Origin: an uncultured delta proteobacterium
GTDB taxonomy: Bacteria; Myxococcota; Myxococcia; Myxococcales; Myxococcaceae
Assembly (NCBI GenBank): GCA_963796055.1
Contig: CAWCKH010000004.1
Location: forward strand, 2,560,001 to 2,624,000
DNA: 64,000 nucleotides
Direction: 5' to 3'
Shown here: in pieces, positions 1 through 12,613 of the stretch
Layout of the letters: each line of letters begins with the position of its first letter
Numbering within the stretch: the stretch's first letter is position 1
The notes under the pieces: generated by a model
The model's database searches: none
What the model was told of the DNA's origin: nothing
What the model saw: the letters and a program-made list of their open reading frames with translations, nothing else
Program-made: the position numbers and the translations under genes

Positions 1-469
1 CTCGGAGAAGAAGGACCGCCTGCTTGCCGCCCTGGAGCGGGGACTGGTCATGGTCCATCTGGACGCCCGCCGCCCGGGGGTGCTGGTCCCACCCGAGCTT
101 CGCTGCGAGTCCCACCTCCGCTTGCACCTCAGTTACAAGTTCGTCCCACCGGACCTGGCGGTGGGTGAATGGGGCATCCGCAGCACCCTGAGCTTCAGCG
201 GTCGGCGCTTCACCGTGGCGCTTCCGTGGAGCGCGCTCTTCGCCATCACCAGCAAGGTGACGCACGAGTTCTGGATGTTCCCCGAGGACATGCCGGCCGA
301 GCTGACGCAGATCCCGCCGCCCACCTTGCGCGCCGCGGCCACCGCCCATCGGCCGCTGGAGGCGAGGCCAGTCGGGCTCCGCGAGGTGAACGGCGAGCGC
401 AAATCCGGTGAGGACGAGGGCGGAGAGGCGCCCCCCGGCAGGGCGCACCTCAAGCTCATCAAGTCGTAG
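1..469 (+). CDS. SspB-like ClpXP adaptor (stringent starvation protein B family), 5' partial
   Basis: Frame is open from the window edge (SEKKDRLLAALERGLVMVHLDARRPGV...LSFSG...LPWSALFAI). C-terminal tail RAHLKLIKS resembles the SspB ClpX-binding motif. Confidence 0.7.
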   Translation, partial: SEKKDRLLAALERGLVMVHLDARRPGVLVPPELRCESHLRLHLSYKFVPPDLAVGEWGIRSTLSFSGRRFTVALPWSALFAITSKVTHEFWMFPEDMPAELTQIPPPTLRAAATAHRPLEARPVGLREVNGERKSGEDEGGEAPPGRAHLKLIKS

Positions 470-484
470 GAGCACCGGCCAGCG

Positions 485-1126
485 ATGTGGGCTGCGCTCG
501 TCTGCACCCTGCTGCCCGGCGCGCCGACGCTCCCGTCGGAGGTCCCCTTCCTCGCCCGCGAGGTGACGCCCGACGGGCACCTCGATGCTGCCGAGTGGGT
601 GGGCGCCCGCGAGGTCCGTGCCGACGGGATGCGGGTGCGCCTCGGCCGGCGGGGCGAGGTGCTCGCGGTCGCGGTCGAGCTCGAGGCGCCGGGCATCTCC
701 ACCCTGCTGCTGGGCTCGGGGGACCGGGTGTGGGTGCTGCATGTCTCGGCTGCGCTGGGGACGGGCGAGTACCGCTGCGCGAATGGGAGCGCATGTACCC
801 GGACGCGGGACTTCGACTACCGCTGCCGGGACCCATCGTCCTCGCCGGCGGCAGAACGCTGCCGGACCGAGTTCCGCCGCGGCGATGGCTGGATCGCCAA
901 CGTGAACCCGCAGGGCACGCGGACCCGGGAGTTCCTCGTCGACGTCCGCCGGTTCGGGGCCGAGGGGCAGCCGGTATTTCTCGCGGTGACCGGCCTGGTG
1001 TTTCCCGAGCGGGCGGGACGGTGGCCTGCGGGAGATGACGACGCGGGGTCGCTGAAGCTCCAGCAGGGGTTTCTCGGGGAATCCGCCCGGTTCTCGCCGC
1101 GGACGTGGTGGCCGATCCGCCTCTGA
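485..1126 (+). CDS. Hypothetical exported protein
   Basis: 213-aa ORF with a hydrophobic N-terminus and paired Cys; GC3-rich codons; directly follows the sspB-like gene. Confidence 0.55.
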   Translation: MWAALVCTLLPGAPTLPSEVPFLAREVTPDGHLDAAEWVGAREVRADGMRVRLGRRGEVLAVAVELEAPGISTLLLGSGDRVWVLHVSAALGTGEYRCANGSACTRTRDFDYRCRDPSSSPAAERCRTEFRRGDGWIANVNPQGTRTREFLVDVRRFGAEGQPVFLAVTGLVFPERAGRWPAGDDDAGSLKLQQGFLGESARFSPRTWWPIRL

Positions 1127-1463
1127 GCCCAGCGGAGGCTCCGTCACCGTGTCGACGGGTTCCGGAGTGAGCGGAGGACCCCGGCGGTCACGGCTGGCCC
1201 GGGAACGCGGCCGCGGTACGAATCCCCGGCGGCCTGCGCGACTCCTGGCGCTCTGACGGCGCGCGGGCAGACGTCCGGGGCTGCGGACCATGTTCGGAAC
1301 GTGGAGTGCGACTTGGCGTTCCCGAAGTGCAGTCGATCCGGGGATCGCAGGGTCGACCGTGATAACCCGGGCACGCGCGGGGCCGAGGCCAGCGCCGTCC
1401 CGCCCGAACCTCACGGACCCGGGAGCCGCTGTCTCCTCGGGGCAGCCGTTCCGTCCGTGCGAC

Positions 1464-2144
1464 CTACCGCCGGCGCAGGTTCGCCTCCAGCGTTGCCTGC
1501 TGCCCGCCCATGGTGAGGCCCACCCACGGCCTGTAGCCAGCCTTCCGCACCTCGACCCGGAGCGGCTCCCTCGGCCAGACGTTGTCCCCGGCCCAGGGCG
1601 TGATGCCGACCTCCGTTCCGCCGACCAGCACCGTGGCCCCGGAGGGCTCGCTGAGGACCAGCAGCGTGGGTGCGGGCGTGCCCACCCGCTTCTCCTTCAC
1701 CTCCGCATCCTTCTTCGGCTCGGTCCGGAGGAGGTCGAAGGAGAATCCCTTCCAGCCGGTGAGCTTGCCCGTCGTCACCACCCAGACGCCGGCCACCGCG
1801 ACCCCGAGCACCGCGGCGCGGAGGATCCACCGTCCCCAGCGGATGTCCGGCATGCCGTACCGGATCGGCTTCTCCGGCGGGATCGGGGCGAAGTCCGACA
1901 CCATCGGCGGCGGCGCCCGCTCGGCCAGCTCCACCCGCTCCGGCCGATCGGCAACCGTGCGGACCGGTGGCGGCAGGGAGATGATGGTCGGCTCGTAGGC
2001 GGGATCGCGGAGAAGCGAGTCCTCCTGCGGCACCGTGACCTCGTGGAGGAGCGGGATGGGCTTGGCGGGCCGGAGCGCGCCATCCTCTCCCAGCGCCTTG
2101 CCGGAGAAGATTCGATCCTCGTCCTCGTCGGGGGGCTGGCTCAT
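1464..2144 (-). CDS. Membrane-anchored PEGA-domain protein
   Basis: One TM helix, then LLVLSEPSGATVLVGGTEVGITP...VEVRKAGYRPW (PEGA pattern). Confidence 0.75.
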   Translation of the reverse strand: MSQPPDEDEDRIFSGKALGEDGALRPAKPIPLLHEVTVPQEDSLLRDPAYEPTIISLPPPVRTVADRPERVELAERAPPPMVSDFAPIPPEKPIRYGMPDIRWGRWILRAAVLGVAVAGVWVVTTGKLTGWKGFSFDLLRTEPKKDAEVKEKRVGTPAPTLLVLSEPSGATVLVGGTEVGITPWAGDNVWPREPLRVEVRKAGYRPWVGLTMGGQQATLEANLRRR

Positions 2145-2157
2145 CGTCGGCGGCGGC

Positions 2158-2508
2158 TCAGCTGGGGGCGGGCGCGCGCTCCGTCACCTCGCGCAGCACC
2201 GCCCAGGGGAAGATTCCGGTCGCGTGCTGGTCGCTGAAGGTGATCTGCAGCGCGTAGTTCCCCACCGGCGTGACCTCCCGGATGGTGAGCGTCTCGGGCA
2301 CGCTGGCCGGGTCCACCGTCCGCGCGCTGGTCCACTCGTCCACGCATCCGGCGCACGGACAGGCCAGGCGGAGCGAGCGCGCGGTGGAGGCGGTACGCTT
2401 GCCGTCCTCCCAGTGCAGCCGGAGGACCTTCCCGTCGCGGGTCACGTCCATGTGTATGGCGGTGGGCGGCGCCGGCGGCGCCGGCTTCAGCTTGTCCCAG
2501 AAGCTCAT
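2158..2508 (-). CDS. DUF971 / gamma-butyrobetaine hydroxylase-like N-terminal domain protein
   Basis: LRLACPCAGC and VGNYALQITFSDQHATGIFPW motifs; start taken at MSFWDK. Confidence 0.85.
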   Translation of the reverse strand: MSFWDKLKPAPPAPPTAIHMDVTRDGKVLRLHWEDGKRTASTARSLRLACPCAGCVDEWTSARTVDPASVPETLTIREVTPVGNYALQITFSDQHATGIFPWAVLREVTERAPAPS

Positions 2509-2534
2509 GGCCGTTCCCATCGCCTGTTCACCGC

Positions 2535-4244
2535 TCACGATGCAAGCGGCACCGCCGACCGCGCGGGCGCCTCGGCGAAGGCCCCCTTCTTCTCCAGGAC
2601 CCGGGCCAGTGCGTCCACCACCTCGGGGTCCAGCGACACGCCGCGCAGCCGGTTCATCACCTCCATCGCCGCGTGTGTCCCCATGGCCCGCTGGTAAGGC
2701 CGGGTGGAGGTGCACGCGTCCCAGGTGTCGGCGCAGGCGACCACCCGGGCGATGAGCGGGATGGCCGAGCCACGAAGCCCCTCGGGGTAGCCCGTCCCGT
2801 TCCACTTCTCGTGGTGGCTCCGCACCGCGTCCCGCGCTGTCCCGAGGAAGCTCACCGGCCCGACGATGGAGGCGCCGATGCTGGGGTGCTCGCGCATGAT
2901 GCTCATCTCGTCCGGCGTGAGCTGGGTCTGCTTGCAGAGGATGTTCTCGGCGATGCCGATCTTCCCGATGTCGTGGAGGATCCCCCCGTAGCGGAGCTGC
3001 TTCACCTCGCGTTCGCTCAGCCCGAGCTCGCGGCCGATCTCCGCCGCCATGTCCCCGACCCGCTGACTGTGGCCCCGGGTATACGCGTCCTTGCTGTCGA
3101 TGCTGTTGGCCAGAGCGAGGATGGTCTCGAGGTACCCGCGCTCCAGCGACTCGTAGAGCCCGCGGTTCTCCTTGTCGTAGGCGAGCAGCTGCTGGCTCAT
3201 GTAGTTGAAGGTCTGGGCCAGCTCACCCAGCTCGTTCCGCGTTTGCACCTGCACCTGCGTCCCGAACTGCCCGCGGGCGATCTCCAGCGCCCCCCGGGTG
3301 AAGCCCTTCAGCGGCCGGGTGAGGCCGCGGGAGAAGACCAGCGCCAGCAGGAGCGCCACGCCCGCCGCGGCCACCAGTCCCAGCCCGATGCGCCGCTGCA
3401 TCAGGTGCACCTGGGTGTACGCCGCGTCGAGCGGCTGCTCGCTCACCACCGCCCAGCCGGGGCCGGGGATGACCGCCGAGGCGGCGACCACCCGCCCCTC
3501 GCCTTCGCCGAAGTTGCCCACCCAGGTGACCTCGCGCTCGGGTGAGCCCTTCAGCATCCTCAGCGCCGGGGTCACCGCCGGGCGTGCCGAGGCGTCCTCG
3601 CCGGCACGGACGTGGTCGGGCGCGCCGGCGAGGAGTCGCCCCGCGGCGTCCACCACGTAGGCGAAGCCGGTGCTGCCCACGTGCTCGGCCTCCAGTGCGT
3701 GGCCCAGCGCCGACAGCGACAGCTCGGCCGCCACGTACCCGCGCGCCGGTTCGCCGAGCGGGAAGGCGAAGGTGAGGCTCGGCGGGCGCCCGGGGAGGAT
3801 GGTGGCCGGGCTCCAGCGCACCGCCTCCGGTCCGGGCCCGAGCAGCGCCCGGGCGCGGGCCTCGTGCTCGGCGACCTCGGTGGGCGGCAGGTCCTTCACC
3901 GCGAACGCCTGCAGCCCCGGGAGGCGCTCGCCGCGGGCGGAGAAGACGGTGATCGCGGTCAGGTCGCGTCGCTCGGTGAGCACCGCCGCCAGGTGCGCCC
4001 GCTGCTCGGCCGGTGGGAGGGAGAAGAACCCCGGCACCCGGGCCAGCGCGGTGGCCGCGCGCACCGGCGCCTCGAGCGCCATGGTGGCCTTCAGCGAGAC
4101 CTGACCCACGCGCTCGGCGGCCAGCTCCTGGGCGTCGCGGGTGAGGAGCTCGCGGGTGTCGGAGAGCACGAGCAGTCCCACCAGGCCCGTGGACACCAGG
4201 GCCACCCCGAGCATCAAGAGGAAGATGGCGGTGAAGAGCCTCAC
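2535..4244 (-). CDS. Cache-HAMP-HD-GYP cyclic dinucleotide phosphodiesterase (probable PmxA orthologue)
   Basis: Two TM helices flanking a Cache-like domain; HAMP (LTRPLK...NELGELAQTFNYM); YTRGHSQRV, LHDIGKIG, HHEKWNGTGYP. Confidence 0.9.
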   Translation of the reverse strand: MRLFTAIFLLMLGVALVSTGLVGLLVLSDTRELLTRDAQELAAERVGQVSLKATMALEAPVRAATALARVPGFFSLPPAEQRAHLAAVLTERRDLTAITVFSARGERLPGLQAFAVKDLPPTEVAEHEARARALLGPGPEAVRWSPATILPGRPPSLTFAFPLGEPARGYVAAELSLSALGHALEAEHVGSTGFAYVVDAAGRLLAGAPDHVRAGEDASARPAVTPALRMLKGSPEREVTWVGNFGEGEGRVVAASAVIPGPGWAVVSEQPLDAAYTQVHLMQRRIGLGLVAAAGVALLLALVFSRGLTRPLKGFTRGALEIARGQFGTQVQVQTRNELGELAQTFNYMSQQLLAYDKENRGLYESLERGYLETILALANSIDSKDAYTRGHSQRVGDMAAEIGRELGLSEREVKQLRYGGILHDIGKIGIAENILCKQTQLTPDEMSIMREHPSIGASIVGPVSFLGTARDAVRSHHEKWNGTGYPEGLRGSAIPLIARVVACADTWDACTSTRPYQRAMGTHAAMEVMNRLRGVSLDPEVVDALARVLEKKGAFAEAPARSAVPLAS

Positions 4245-5152
4245 TGCCAGGGAGTCTCCTTCACCTCGAGCTTGATGCGACCCGGGACGAGCTGGACCGC
4301 CCGGGTCGCCCCCGGCCCGAGCGTCCCGTCCGACTGCACCGCCCGCACCGTCCAGCGGTACTTGCCCGCCGGCAGCGCGGGCACCGTCACCACCGGCTGT
4401 GCGGTGCGGATGCTCTGGCTGCGTGGGCCCGCCAGCTCCAGCACGTACCCCGTTGCCTCGGCCACCGGCTTCCAGGCGAAGCGCACCGGGCCGAGCCCGC
4501 CCGGCGCGGGCTCGAGCGCCAGCTTCAGGCCCGGCTCGGGCGAGAGGAGAATCGGCGGCTCGCCGGCGACGGCGCTCGCCGCCGACTCGAGCTGCGGGGC
4601 CCCTGGCGGCTCACCCCGGATGACGGTGAGCGTCTCGCCGGCGCGCACCGCCCGGGCCCGGCCCTGGGCCTCCACCCGCACCGGCACTCCCTCGCGCACC
4701 GCCACCCGGGTGCGCCCGTCGGGTTCCACCGCCACCGCGAAATGCGAGCGCTCCTCGCGGGCCTCGGCGAGCAGCTTCCATGCTCCGTCGGCCTGCGCCG
4801 CCGCCTCGGCATACCTGGCGCGGGCGAGCAGCGCCTCGGCCTCCGCGAGCCGGGCCTCGGCCTCGGTCCGGGCGCTACCCGCGGGGGCCTGCCCCACCGC
4901 GCTCCGGGCCGAGCCGATGGCTGCCACCGCCCGGGCGCGCTCGGGCCCGGGGACGAGCACCCGGGTGCCAGCGGCCGGAGTTCCCTGGAGGTGGTTGAAG
5001 GCGAGCAGCTCGGGGCCGGCGCCTTCGCTGCCCAGCGTGCGCGCGGCGAGCTGGGCCAGCGACTCCCCGGGGCGGACGACGGTCTCCCCCGAGAGCGGGG
5101 TGGTGGCCGCCGAGGTGAGGAGCGCGAGCGCGGCTGCGAGGGCGGGGCTCAC
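4241..5152 (-). CDS. Secreted LysM / FecR-like / fibronectin-III-like protein
   Basis: GTG start overlaps the upstream stop; signal peptide; LysM-like VVRPGESLAQLAARTLG; C-terminal FN3-like FAWKPV...YRWTVRAV. Confidence 0.7.
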   Translation of the reverse strand: MSPALAAALALLTSAATTPLSGETVVRPGESLAQLAARTLGSEGAGPELLAFNHLQGTPAAGTRVLVPGPERARAVAAIGSARSAVGQAPAGSARTEAEARLAEAEALLARARYAEAAAQADGAWKLLAEAREERSHFAVAVEPDGRTRVAVREGVPVRVEAQGRARAVRAGETLTVIRGEPPGAPQLESAASAVAGEPPILLSPEPGLKLALEPAPGGLGPVRFAWKPVAEATGYVLELAGPRSQSIRTAQPVVTVPALPAGKYRWTVRAVQSDGTLGPGATRAVQLVPGRIKLEVKETPWQ

Positions 5153-5607
5153 TGGAAGACGATCTCCCGCCCAGCACGCACGGTGGCTGCCGGGGTGCCG
5201 ACGGTGAGGGACTGGTTCGCCGGACGGTCGAGGGTGGCGTCGACGGCGCCGCGGAGCACCGTGACGTCCGCCTGCGGCCGTCCGGGGGCGGCGCGCGTCT
5301 CGGCGATGCCGAGCAGCGTGTCCTCGGAGACGACCACCACCGTCCCCGAGGGGAAGCGCAGCTCGGCCGAGCCGCCGCGCTCGGTGCGCAGCTTGTCGTC
5401 GTCGTAGAGCGCGGTGCCGTTCACCGCCGCCTGCCATTCGTCCCCGGCGGACCGCTTCACCGACACCGAGCCCGACACCTCGGCGAGCGTCGCCCGGACC
5501 GACTGCTTCGGCGCCGGTGCGGGCGGAGCCTTGGCGTCACGGCGACAGGCCGGAGCGCACACGAGCAGCGACAGGCACAACGCCATCGGAATCCAGTGGG
5601 CGAACAC
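5149..5607 (-). CDS. FecR-domain lipoprotein
   Basis: Lipobox-like APAC; LAEVSGSVSVKR...LYDDDKLRTERGGSAELRF (FecR pattern). Confidence 0.75.
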   Translation of the reverse strand: MFAHWIPMALCLSLLVCAPACRRDAKAPPAPAPKQSVRATLAEVSGSVSVKRSAGDEWQAAVNGTALYDDDKLRTERGGSAELRFPSGTVVVVSEDTLLGIAETRAAPGRPQADVTVLRGAVDATLDRPANQSLTVGTPAATVRAGREIVFQ

Positions 5608-5647
5608 TTCCCTGCTTCGAGTGTACTTCAGCCTGCCTCGTCCAGGC

Positions 5648-6451
5648 TCAGGGCCCCAGCCGCCGGTGCCGCAGGGCCGGGAGGTTCCGTCGCACCCGGG
5701 CCAGCAGCTCCGGGTCCAGCTCGGCCAGGGCGAGCCCCTCGCCGTCCGAGGCCCGGGCGACGACCAGCCCCCAGGGGTCCACCACCATCGCCTGGCCGTA
5801 GGTGACCCGCTGATCCGTGTGCCGACCGCCCTGCGCAGGTGCGAGAACGTAGGCCTGGTTCTCGATGGCCCGGGCCCGGAGGAGCACCTCCCAGTGGTCC
5901 TTGCCGGTCATCAGGGTGAAGGCCGAAGGGACGGTGAGGAGCGTCGCGCCGGCGGCGGACAGGGCGCGGTACAGCTCGGGAAAGCGCAGGTCGTAGCAGA
6001 TGCTCAAGCCCACCGTGCCCAGCGGGGTCTCGGCGGTCACCGGACCCTCGCCGGGGGCCACGGCGTCGGACTCGCGGTAGCTCGCGCCGTCGCCCACCTC
6101 GGCGTCGAAGAGGTGGATCTTCCGGTACACGGCGAGCCGCCCACCGTCGGGCCCGAACAGGACGCTGGTGTTGTGGACCCGACCGCCCGGGGCACCGGCC
6201 TCGAGCACCGAGCCGGCCAGCAGGAAGATCCGGAGCTGCCGGGCGAGCTCGGCGAAGCGCGTCAGGGTCGGGCCGTCGAGTGGCTCGGCGGCGGACGGTC
6301 GGTCCTTCTCGGACCCCATCCAGGCGACGTTCTCCGGCAGGCCCACCAGGGCAGCGCCGCGCTCGGCGGCCCGACGCACCAGGCCGGTCGCGACGTCCAG
6401 GTTCCGGGAGCGGTCAGGGCCGGACGCCATCTGCACTGCGGCGATCAGCAT
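5648..6451 (-). CDS. Carbon-nitrogen hydrolase (Nit1-like deaminated glutathione amidase family)
   Basis: LPEN, YRKIHLFD, SICYDLRFPE and RARAIENQ motifs; start taken at MLIAAVQM. Confidence 0.9.
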   Translation of the reverse strand: MLIAAVQMASGPDRSRNLDVATGLVRRAAERGAALVGLPENVAWMGSEKDRPSAAEPLDGPTLTRFAELARQLRIFLLAGSVLEAGAPGGRVHNTSVLFGPDGGRLAVYRKIHLFDAEVGDGASYRESDAVAPGEGPVTAETPLGTVGLSICYDLRFPELYRALSAAGATLLTVPSAFTLMTGKDHWEVLLRARAIENQAYVLAPAQGGRHTDQRVTYGQAMVVDPWGLVVARASDGEGLALAELDPELLARVRRNLPALRHRRLGP

Positions 6452-6640
6452 GCCGGGGTCACGCGTAGCACGCCGGTGTGGACGGCGCGAAACGCCCGGG
6501 CCACCCACCCGGGGCCGGCCCGGAACCGGGGCGTGTCTGAGCGTTACAGTACGGTCGGCTGGTCGCTCAGGAGGCATCTCGCGGGTTTGACACGCCCCGG
6601 CCCGACCGGGCATGTGATGACTTTTTCCGGAGGTTTCGCC

Positions 6641-6823
6641 ATCGCTGCACCTGGAGCCACCAAACGGCTGAAAGAGCTCGCCCGGCAGCAGAAGCAGCGC
6701 GAGAAGGCCGAGAAGCGCGAGCAGCGGAAGCGGGAAAAGGCCGAGCGTCCGGCGCCCGCGGAGGGCGTGGACCCGGACATCGCCGGCATCGTGCCGGGCC
6801 CCCAGCCGCCGCTGGAGTTCTGA
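6641..6823 (+). CDS. Small basic coiled-coil protein (start either ATC 6641 or ATG 6617)
   Basis: KRLKELARQQKQREKAEKREQRK...DPDIAGIVPGPQP; GGAGGT Shine-Dalgarno at 6629-6634. Confidence 0.65.
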   Translation: MAAPGATKRLKELARQQKQREKAEKREQRKREKAERPAPAEGVDPDIAGIVPGPQPPLEF

Positions 6824-6955
6824 CCCGCCCGCCCACCCGTGGAATATGCCCGAAGTCCGCGTGCTTCCGCTGCCGGGCTGGCCCCGGTCGCCTTGCGCCG
6901 GTGCGCCCCCGCGTGGTAGGGACCTCGGCGACATTTTTCGACGCTGCAGCACCTC

Positions 6956-6983
6956 GAAAAGTGGGCCCCGCGCCCGCTTTTTT
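6956..6983 (+). promoter_or_regulatory. rimP leader hairpin (terminator-like attenuator)
   Basis: GAAAAGTGGGC-CCCGC-GCCCGCTTTTTT stem-loop with a U tract just upstream of rimP. Confidence 0.65.
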
Positions 6984-7000
6984 CGTTTCTAGGGCTCACC

Positions 7001-7507
7001 ATGGCCGAGAGCACCCACCGACAGGACGTCGTGTCCCGCGCCGAGGCGCTGGTGGAGCCCATCGTCGGCGCGGAGGGCTTCGAGCTGGTCGAGCTGGAGT
7101 ACGTGCGCGAACCGGCGGGCTGGGTGCTGCGGCTGTTCATCGATCGCCCGGGGCGTGACCCGATGTCGAAGCAGGGCGGGGTCGGGCTCGACGAGTGCGC
7201 GCAGGTCTCGCACGCGGTGGAGACCGCGCTGGAGGTGGAGGACCTCGTCCCCCACGCCTACGCGCTCGAGGTCAGCAGCCCCGGCATCAACCGGCCTCTG
7301 CGGCGGCCGGAACACTTCGCGAACGTGGTGGGGAAGCGGGTCAAGGTGAAGACCTACGGACCCGTGGGACAGCCGCCGCGAAGGAGCTTTTCTGGTGTCC
7401 TGCTCCAGTCGAGCAGCTCCGACATCACCGTGCAGGTCGAGGGCGGCGGGGACTTTCACATCCCCCTCCGCGACATCGCCAAGGCGAACCTCGACTTCGA
7501 GTTCTGA
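7001..7507 (+). CDS. rimP: Ribosome maturation factor RimP
   Basis: LRLFIDR, YALEVSSPGINRPL; lies upstream of nusA. Confidence 0.95.
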   Translation: MAESTHRQDVVSRAEALVEPIVGAEGFELVELEYVREPAGWVLRLFIDRPGRDPMSKQGGVGLDECAQVSHAVETALEVEDLVPHAYALEVSSPGINRPLRRPEHFANVVGKRVKVKTYGPVGQPPRRSFSGVLLQSSSSDITVQVEGGGDFHIPLRDIAKANLDFEF

Positions 7508-7537
7508 CAGACATCCCGAGGAACCGGAACGAACCCC

Positions 7538-9223
7538 ATGGCGACGCCCAGCACTCCGTCCGTCAATCTCAACCTGGTCCTGGAGCAGGTGGCCAAGGAC
7601 AAGGGCATCGACAAGAGCGTGCTCGTCGCGACCCTCGAGGACGCGATGCAGACCGCCGCCAAGAAGCACTTCGGCCAGGACCGGAACCTCGAGGCCAAGT
7701 ACGACACCGACAAGGGCGTGGTGGAGCTCTTCCAGGCGGTGACGGTGGTCGAGGCGATCACCGACCCGATCCAGGCGGTGAACCAGCTCACGCTGGACGA
7801 GGCGCGGAAGAAGGGGATGGAGGTCGAGCCCGGTGACGAGCTGGTCTTCCAGATCTTCTACCGGGACGAGGACGCCGCCGAGGCCAAGGCCCAGGACGAC
7901 CAGTACGGCGACATCCTGAAGCTCAGGACCTTCCGGCACGGCTTCGGACGCATCGCCGCCCAGACCGCCAAGCAGGTCATTCTCCAGCGGACCCGCGATG
8001 CCGAGCGGGAGAACGTCTACAACGAGTACAAGGACCGCAAGAACGAGATCGTCACCGGCATCGCCCGGCGGTTCGAGCGGGGGAACATCATCGTCGACCT
8101 GGGGCGGGCCGAGGCGGTGCTCCCGGTGCGCGAGCAGGTGCCGCGGGAGACGTACCGCGCGGGGGACCGGGTCCAGGCCTACGTGCTCGACGTGCTGCGG
8201 GAGTCGAAGGGCCCGCAGATCATCCTCTCCCGGGCGAGCGTGAACCTCCTCACCAAGCTGTTCGAGATGGAGGTCCCGGAGATCGCCGAGGGCATCGTGG
8301 TCATCGAGGCCGCGGCGCGCGAACCGGGCGGCCGGGCGAAGATCGCCGTCAGCAGCCGGGACCCGGACGTGGACCCGGTCGGTGCCTGCGTGGGCATGAA
8401 GGGCAGCCGGGTCCAGGCGGTGGTCCAGGAGCTCCGCGGCGAGAAGATCGACATCGTGCCCTGGGACGAGGACCCGGCCCGCTTCGTCTGCGCGGCCCTC
8501 GCCCCGGCCGAGGTGGCCCGGGTCATCATCGACGAGGCCAACCATGCCATGGAGCTCATCGTCCCCGACGACCAGCTGTCGCTGGCCATCGGCCGCCGCG
8601 GGCAGAACGTGCGTCTGGCGGCCCAGCTCACCGGGTGGAAGCTGGACATCAACAGCGAGACCCGGGTCCGCGAGATGCGGGAGTTCGCCAACCGCTCTCT
8701 CGGCGCGCTTCCCGGGGTGACCGAGATGCTGGTGGAGACGCTGTACGCCCACGGCTTCCGCCAGTCGCGCGACGTGGCCGAGGCCTCCCCGGAGGTGCTG
8801 GCGCAGATCCCCGGCCTCGACCCGGCGCGCATCCCGGCGATGCAGGAGCAGGCCAAGAAGCAGATGGTGGACGACGAGATCGAGCTCCGCCGCCTGGAGA
8901 TGGAGCGCGAGCAGGCGCGGGCCATCGAGGCCCGCCGCCACCCGGACGAGCTGTCGCCGGCCGAGCGGATGATGCGCGTCCGGGGGATGAGCGAGAAGAC
9001 GGTCGAGGCGCTCGCCCTCTCGGGCTACAAGACGCCGGAGGAGCTGGCCAAGGAGACCGACATCACAAAGCTCGGGGACGTCCCGGGGGTGGGCATCAAG
9101 AAGGCCCGGCAGATCAAGAGCGCCGCCGAGAGCTATCTGTTAGAGGAAGCAAAGTTGCGCGCGGAGCTCGATGCCGAGCGTGCGGCGATGGGCGCCGCCA
9201 CCCCAGAGCCGGGGGCCGCCTGA
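7538..9223 (+). CDS. nusA: Transcription termination/antitermination factor NusA
   Basis: [14 protein letters not shown]1 and KH domains ([41 protein letters not shown]), C-terminal HhH repeats. Confidence 0.98.
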   Translation: MATPSTPSVNLNLVLEQVAKDKGIDKSVLVATLEDAMQTAAKKHFGQDRNLEAKYDTDKGVVELFQAVTVVEAITDPIQAVNQLTLDEARKKGMEVEPGDELVFQIFYRDEDAAEAKAQDDQYGDILKLRTFRHGFGRIAAQTAKQVILQRTRDAERENVYNEYKDRKNEIVTGIARRFERGNIIVDLGRAEAVLPVREQVPRETYRAGDRVQAYVLDVLRESKGPQIILSRASVNLLTKLFEMEVPEIAEGIVVIEAAAREPGGRAKIAVSSRDPDVDPVGACVGMKGSRVQAVVQELRGEKIDIVPWDEDPARFVCAALAPAEVARVIIDEANHAMELIVPDDQLSLAIGRRGQNVRLAAQLTGWKLDINSETRVREMREFANRSLGALPGVTEMLVETLYAHGFRQSRDVAEASPEVLAQIPGLDPARIPAMQEQAKKQMVDDEIELRRLEMEREQARAIEARRHPDELSPAERMMRVRGMSEKTVEALALSGYKTPEELAKETDITKLGDVPGVGIKKARQIKSAAESYLLEEAKLRAELDAERAAMGAATPEPGAA

Positions 9224-9260
9224 TGGTCCTCTTCCCGCCAGCCGAGGAGGCGAAAGCGCC

Positions 9261-9521
9261 CTGAGCAGGGAGCCCGGACGAACGTGCATCGGGTGCGGGA
9301 CCAGGCGTCCCCAGCGTGAATTGAGGCGGCTCTGCCTGTCGAGCGAGGGCGAGCTCTTGTGGGACCGAGACCGACGAGCGCCAGGACGGGGCGCTTACCT
9401 CTGCGGGGCAGGCTGTCTGACCGCGGCGGTGAAGCGGAAGTCGCTGGGGCGGGCCTTCCGGGGGCGGATGACCGGCGGGCTCGAGGCGGTGCAGCGGGAG
9501 CTGATCGCCTCCGAGGGTTAA
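9261..9521 (+). CDS. ylxR: YlxR/RnpM (DUF448) RNA-binding protein, probable CTG start
   Basis: PGRTCIGC and PGRGAYLC motifs; sits between nusA and infB; GAGGAGG at 9244-9250 precedes CTG 9261. Confidence 0.85.
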   Translation: MSREPGRTCIGCGTRRPQRELRRLCLSSEGELLWDRDRRAPGRGAYLCGAGCLTAAVKRKSLGRAFRGRMTGGLEAVQRELIASEG

Positions 9522-9572
9522 GTCCCGGGCGCAGGTGGAGTAGAAGGCAGTCGCTGTTTCGAAGGGGTCTGG

Positions 9573-12575
<3,003 letters not shown>

Positions 12576-12613
12576 GGCCGGGCTGCCCCTCGAACCCGAG
12601 GGGAGGTGCAGCC

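Noticed and set aside
1130..1460. ncRNA or small gene in this intergenic gap (likewise 59750-60140)
   Set aside because: No recognisable structure, motif or convincing SD/ORF by eye.
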